Source: Candidatus Uhrbacteria bacterium RIFCSPLOWO2_01_FULL_47_25 | GTDB taxonomy: Bacteria; Patescibacteriota; Patescibacteriia; GWA2-46-9 | Length of the DNA: 64,000 nucleotides | NCBI GenBank assembly: GCA_001791325.1 | Contig: MGEK01000023.1 | Coordinates: 4,405-68,404, forward strand | Direction of reading: 5' to 3' | Shown: piece after piece, positions 58,139 to 64,000 of the stretch | Numbering within the stretch: the first letter of the stretch is position 1 | How the letters are laid out: every line of letters begins with the position of its first letter | Notes under the pieces: generated by a model | The model's input: only the letters and a program-made list of their open reading frames with translations | Told to the model about the DNA's origin: nothing | Databases searched by the model: none | Translations under genes and position numbers: made by a program

Positions 58139-59827
58139 CTACTCTTTGGTTACACGAATTACTTCAGTGAGGGTGGTAATGCCATTCAAAACCTTAACGA
58201 CCCCGTCTTCCAACATAGTAGTCATTCCCTGACGACGCGCCGCCGCCATAATCACATCACTAGACGCCCGTTCAATAATTAACGGCCTGATATTTTCATT
58301 CATTTCTAAAACTTCAAAAATTCCAATCCGGCCTTGATAACCGGTACGACCGCACACCTTACAGCCCGGGCCGCGGTAAAGACGCAAAGAAGAAAGATTC
58401 TTCGTTTTTTTACGAATGCATTCATTCAGGGACGGCTCGGCCGCGATAAGTTTTTTCTCCTCATTAGTTAAGATGTATGAAGCGCGACAGGCGGAGCAAA
58501 TTTTTCTGACCAACCTTTGAGCAATTGCCACATTGACCGTTGAGGCCAATAGAAACGGCTCAATACCCATATCTAATAATCGCGGTAAAGTAGTAGCGGC
58601 ATCATTGGCGTGCAAGGTGGAAAGGACGAGATGCCCGGTCATGGCGGAATTCACCGCGATACCCGCTGTTTCCTCGTCCCTGATTTCACCAACCATAATA
58701 ATATCCGGATCTTGCCTCACAATAGACCGCAATCCCTTAGCGAAAGTCAGATTGGTTTTTAGATTCACCTGAATCTGACTGACGCCCTCAATATCGTACT
58801 CAACAGGATCTTCAATGGTGGCGATATTAACGCCTCTGGTGTTCAAAATTTTCAAAACCGCGTACACCGTAGTCGTTTTGCCGGAACCGGTTGGACCGGT
58901 AACCAACGCCATACCATGCGGTTTTTTAATGGCTCGCTTCACTTTTTCCAAATCACTATCCGATAACCCCAAATCAGATAAACCGAATTGCCGACTATTC
59001 GCGGAAAGAATGCGCATCACCACATTTTCTCCGTGACTAACCGGCACAATAGAAACTCTAACATCTACTCCCTCCTGATCCGCCTTAAACTGAAACCTGC
59101 CATCTTGTGCCGCTCGATGTTCGTCAGTTGGCAAACGGGAAAGAATTTTAATCCGAATCAGAATTAATTCAAATAAATCGCGCGGTAAATGCAAGACGTC
59201 GTGTAAAATACCATCAATGCGAAAACGGCAAAGCGCCTCTTTGGCGTAAGGTTCAAGGTGAATATCTGAAGCCCTGTTTTGATAGGCATAATTAAGCAAG
59301 AGATCAACCGTTTCAACCACTAGCTGATCATACTGCTCACGCGACAGGGCGGTGGCCTGAGCCCTCTCAAGCAAACCCGCAAAGGCATCGGACAAACTTG
59401 GACGATATCTATCCAGAGCGATTTCCAAATCGCGTCTAGTCACATAATAAGGAATGACTGGCTCTCCCAATCTCTTTTCAATAAGATGCTTCGTTTCAAT
59501 GTTGTCCGGATGCACCATGGCCAAACGGATACCTTCGGCGGTTCTGTCAATAGCAGCTACGCCCTGTGATTTTGCCACCAATTCAGGAATCAGGCGTACA
59601 ATATCATCGTCAATACGCTCTTGGCTAAGATTCATAAAAGTCCAGCCCGAAGCCTCGGCGATAACCTCTCCCAATTGCTCGTCTTTTATTAAATCCTTAT
59701 CAATTAGTACCTCCTCTACATCACGATTTTTATCCTTGGCTTCGCTTAAGGCCGCTGTAAAATCCGCTTCTGATACATAGCCCGGTGGAACCAGTAATTG
59801 CCGCAATTTTTCTGGAGTGATGGTCAT
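58139..59827 (-). CDS. pilB: type IV pilus assembly ATPase PilB (GspE family)
   Basis: Walker A GPTGSGKTTT, Asp box, His box, tetracysteine motif CSAC...CKVCG. Confidence 0.95.
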   Translation of the reverse strand: MTITPEKLRQLLVPPGYVSEADFTAALSEAKDKNRDVEEVLIDKDLIKDEQLGEVIAEASGWTFMNLSQERIDDDIVRLIPELVAKSQGVAAIDRTAEGIRLAMVHPDNIETKHLIEKRLGEPVIPYYVTRRDLEIALDRYRPSLSDAFAGLLERAQATALSREQYDQLVVETVDLLLNYAYQNRASDIHLEPYAKEALCRFRIDGILHDVLHLPRDLFELILIRIKILSRLPTDEHRAAQDGRFQFKADQEGVDVRVSIVPVSHGENVVMRILSANSRQFGLSDLGLSDSDLEKVKRAIKKPHGMALVTGPTGSGKTTTVYAVLKILNTRGVNIATIEDPVEYDIEGVSQIQVNLKTNLTFAKGLRSIVRQDPDIIMVGEIRDEETAGIAVNSAMTGHLVLSTLHANDAATTLPRLLDMGIEPFLLASTVNVAIAQRLVRKICSACRASYILTNEEKKLIAAEPSLNECIRKKTKNLSSLRLYRGPGCKVCGRTGYQGRIGIFEVLEMNENIRPLIIERASSDVIMAAARRQGMTTMLEDGVVKVLNGITTLTEVIRVTKE

Positions 59828-60001
59828 AAATACTATTGATATTTTATCACACGATCTTAGTAATTCAAAATCAATGGCTGCTGCCCATGCGAACGCCCTA
59901 GCCTAACACAAATCTCCACGCCCGTCAATGGCATGGCACCCCATTGCCTAGATGATATATTTTTCAATAATTCGTCTGTTACTATACTTGAAAGTATGAT
60001 A

Positions 60002-60150
60002 GTGAAGCTCCACGACTTTACCCCGCACCGCGGGGTGGCCTCCCCAAAAATTTGGGGTGGAGCGAAACCCCGCACCGTCCGCCCGGGGCGGACTGGTGCG
60101 TTGGGTAAAACTCCATGGACTTAATCCCTGCCCGACGGCTAACACGACCC
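60002..60150. repeat. GC-rich hairpin repeat module (GTGAAGCTCC...CTTTACCCCGC-ACCGCGGGGTGG...) upstream of pilB
   Basis: Shares a roughly 45-nt core with 165-222 and 42423-42484. Confidence 0.7.
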
Positions 60151-60263
60151 CGAGGCATATAGCCTCTTTCCACGCACTTCGTCTAAGGCCTGCTTGCCAC
60201 GAAAAAAGCTCCCTATACATATCTCAGCAACCTTTTCCTAATTATTCTCTTTTGAAAAATATT

Positions 60264-61523
60264 TTATATAAAAATGGTAGAAATTAAGGCAAGGCCAGCA
60301 ACCGCCATAATCACGGCCGCCAAAGAGCCCATAACATTTGAAAACCGCGAATTTACGTAATGCCCCATAATATCTCGCCTCTTGGCAATCAGTATTATCA
60401 ATACCATAAGAGGCGGAGCGATTAAGCCGTTAAGAACCGCCGTATAATATAACATCTTAAACGGCGGCACTGATAAAAAATTGACCAAGAGACCAGCGAC
60501 CGTCGCAATAATGATGACGCCATAAAAACCATGAGCTTTTACTAATTTGCGGTAAAGACCAGAACGCCAGCCCAACGCTTCAGATACCGCATATGACGCT
60601 GAACCAGCCAAAATCGGAATAGCCAAAAGGCCGGTACCAATAATCCCCAGAGCAAAAAGCACAAAAGTGAAATCGCCGGCCAATGGCCTGAGCGCCTCAG
60701 CGGCCTCCGCCGCCGTGGCTATATCTGTAATTCCTTGTCCACCCAAAGTAGCGGCCGTAGTCAGAATAATGAAAAACATAACTAAGTTTGAAAAAAACAT
60801 TCCCATCACTGTATCAAGACGCATATCTTTAATATCTTTAAAACCCACTCGCGGCCTGCCTTGATCCATTTCTTTAAGTTTATGATGAGCAACTTCTTCT
60901 TCTACTTCTTCACTCGCCTGCCAAAAGAAAAGGTAAGGCGAAATGGTTGTGCCTAAAATAGCAACGATATTCAAGAGATACTGCTCATTAAAAACAATAT
61001 GTGGAATAACCGTGGCGTACAGCGCTGCCCCCCAATCTTGTTTGACAATAATAGCGGTGATAAAATAAGCAAACAATGAAAAGGTGAGATATTTTAAAAA
61101 CCGAGCATACACTTGATAGGAAACGAAAATCTCAAGCAAGACCGTCAAAATGGTAATGATAAGAAGCCATAGCACGAACGGCAAACCAAACACCAACTGC
61201 ACAACAGCCGCCATGGCACCCAAATCGGCGCCAATATTGATAACATTAGCAATAAGCAACAGACCAACAGTAAAATATAAAACTTTTTTGGAATAATGTT
61301 GCTTAATGATAGCGGCTAGGCCACGGCCGGTCACAAGGCCAATTCTCCCGACCATCTCCTGAATCACTGCCATAAATGGAAAAGAGAATGGCGCGGTCCA
61401 AAGCTGTTGATAGCCAAACTGCGCTCCTGTTTGTGAATAGGTGGCGATACCAGACGGATCATCGTCAGAAGCTCCAGTGATGAATCCGGGGCCGAGTTTT
61501 CTATAAAGCACGGTTAACCTCAT
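60264..61523 (-). CDS. mntH: NRAMP-family divalent metal transporter
   Basis: GPGFITGASDDDPSGIATYSQTGAQFGY signature, 11 TM. Confidence 0.9.
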   Translation of the reverse strand: MRLTVLYRKLGPGFITGASDDDPSGIATYSQTGAQFGYQQLWTAPFSFPFMAVIQEMVGRIGLVTGRGLAAIIKQHYSKKVLYFTVGLLLIANVINIGADLGAMAAVVQLVFGLPFVLWLLIITILTVLLEIFVSYQVYARFLKYLTFSLFAYFITAIIVKQDWGAALYATVIPHIVFNEQYLLNIVAILGTTISPYLFFWQASEEVEEEVAHHKLKEMDQGRPRVGFKDIKDMRLDTVMGMFFSNLVMFFIILTTAATLGGQGITDIATAAEAAEALRPLAGDFTFVLFALGIIGTGLLAIPILAGSASYAVSEALGWRSGLYRKLVKAHGFYGVIIIATVAGLLVNFLSVPPFKMLYYTAVLNGLIAPPLMVLIILIAKRRDIMGHYVNSRFSNVMGSLAAVIMAVAGLALISTIFI

Positions 61524-61606
61524 ATCGCACTAGGTTCTAGATTTTAACACCGCTGAATCCGTATGCTTCTAATATCTTAACGGCACACGAACTAATTTGT
61601 GTTAGA

Positions 61607-62062
61607 TTATTCCTGCAGTATCCCCTCCGACCCAACTCCATGGTGCCCGCGATGGCGGGCGCGCTTAGCAACCTTGAGGCGCGCCATAGATTTTTCAAGT
61701 TCAGCCACTGCATCGGCAAATGCTTCTTCATCGCGACGCTTGCCATTCATGAGTTGCCGCGCTCTCGCACGGGCTTCTTCGGCGCGTTTAATATCAATTT
61801 CTTCCGCTTTTTCAGCGCTATCAGCCAACACCACTACTTCATTGTTTTTTCTCACTTCAATAAAACCGCCGGAGACAGCCATATGTGTTATGTCATTGCC
61901 GCGCTTCACAACCAACGCCCCAGGGACAAGCTGACTCACTAGTGAAATATGATTTGGCAAAATGGTAATCTCGCCCATGCTGGTCGGCACGGTCACTTGA
62001 TCTACCTCTTCTTTATAAACTGTTCTTTCGGGAGTTGTGATTTCGAAATGGAGTTGAGCCAT
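61607..62062 (-). CDS. atpC: ATP synthase epsilon chain
   Basis: N-terminal beta-sandwich and C-terminal helical hairpin, conserved LPNH context. Confidence 0.9.
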   Translation of the reverse strand: MAQLHFEITTPERTVYKEEVDQVTVPTSMGEITILPNHISLVSQLVPGALVVKRGNDITHMAVSGGFIEVRKNNEVVVLADSAEKAEEIDIKRAEEARARARQLMNGKRRDEEAFADAVAELEKSMARLKVAKRARHRGHHGVGSEGILQE

Positions 62063-62108
62063 AAGCCATTAATGATATTGCCGCATCTACAAGCTTAAGG
62101 CTTATAGC

Positions 62109-63811
<1,703 letters not shown>

Positions 63812-63840
63812 ACAATGCTACTTTAACACAATATAGACTA

Positions 63841-64000
<160 letters not shown>

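Overview
This 64 kb chromosomal window is densely coded, with almost every gene on the minus strand; only the archease-rtcB pair is on the plus strand. Gene content, small proteins and AT-rich intergenic regions against roughly 45-50% GC suggest a small-genome bacterium, possibly a Patescibacteria/CPR-like lineage (low confidence). Canonical AAGGAGG Shine-Dalgarno sites are visible before some genes, for example hisG. In order along the window: (1) a putative 8-gene envelope operon: ECF sigma, anti-sigma, HlyD-type adaptor, Amidase_3, MacB/FtsX-type ABC ATPase and permease, a secreted protein and an M23 peptidase; (2) hisG, HU, rsmI, trxB; (3) the mreB-mreC-mreD-PBP2 rod-shape cluster; (4) proS, a 1017-aa surface protein, rseP, frr, holB; (5) archease-rtcB followed by a roughly 290 nt GC-rich, highly structured non-coding region; (6) a glycosyltransferase, DMT transporter and DsbA; (7) a copper/redox membrane island (CopA, HMA-cupredoxin protein, Met-rich SHOCT protein, CsoR, CFA synthase, CcdA, DUF1573); (8) htpX-lemA; (9) a 10-gene type IV pilus cluster (major pilin, PilM-SH3b, pseudopilins, a 702-aa LamG-like pilin, PilC, an embedded sensorless histidine kinase and CheY-like regulator, PilB); (10) an NRAMP transporter and atpG(partial)-orf-atpD-atpC. 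No rRNA, tRNA, CRISPR array or transposase was recognised. The most unusual content is non-coding. One family of 127-157 bp elements has co-varying 15-bp terminal inverted repeats (CCCCGTTAGAAGTCC...GGACTTCTAACGGGG). Four of its copies end exactly 1 nt before the ATG of a gene that has no SD (sigma factor, a 547-aa membrane protein, rtcB, the response regulator). Several other short repeat families (GC-rich hairpin modules, TACGAAA arrays, TATATTCAATATTCT arrays, a 60-bp repeat that supplies the stop codon and last codons of two genes) are spread through the intergenic regions and sometimes run into gene ends.
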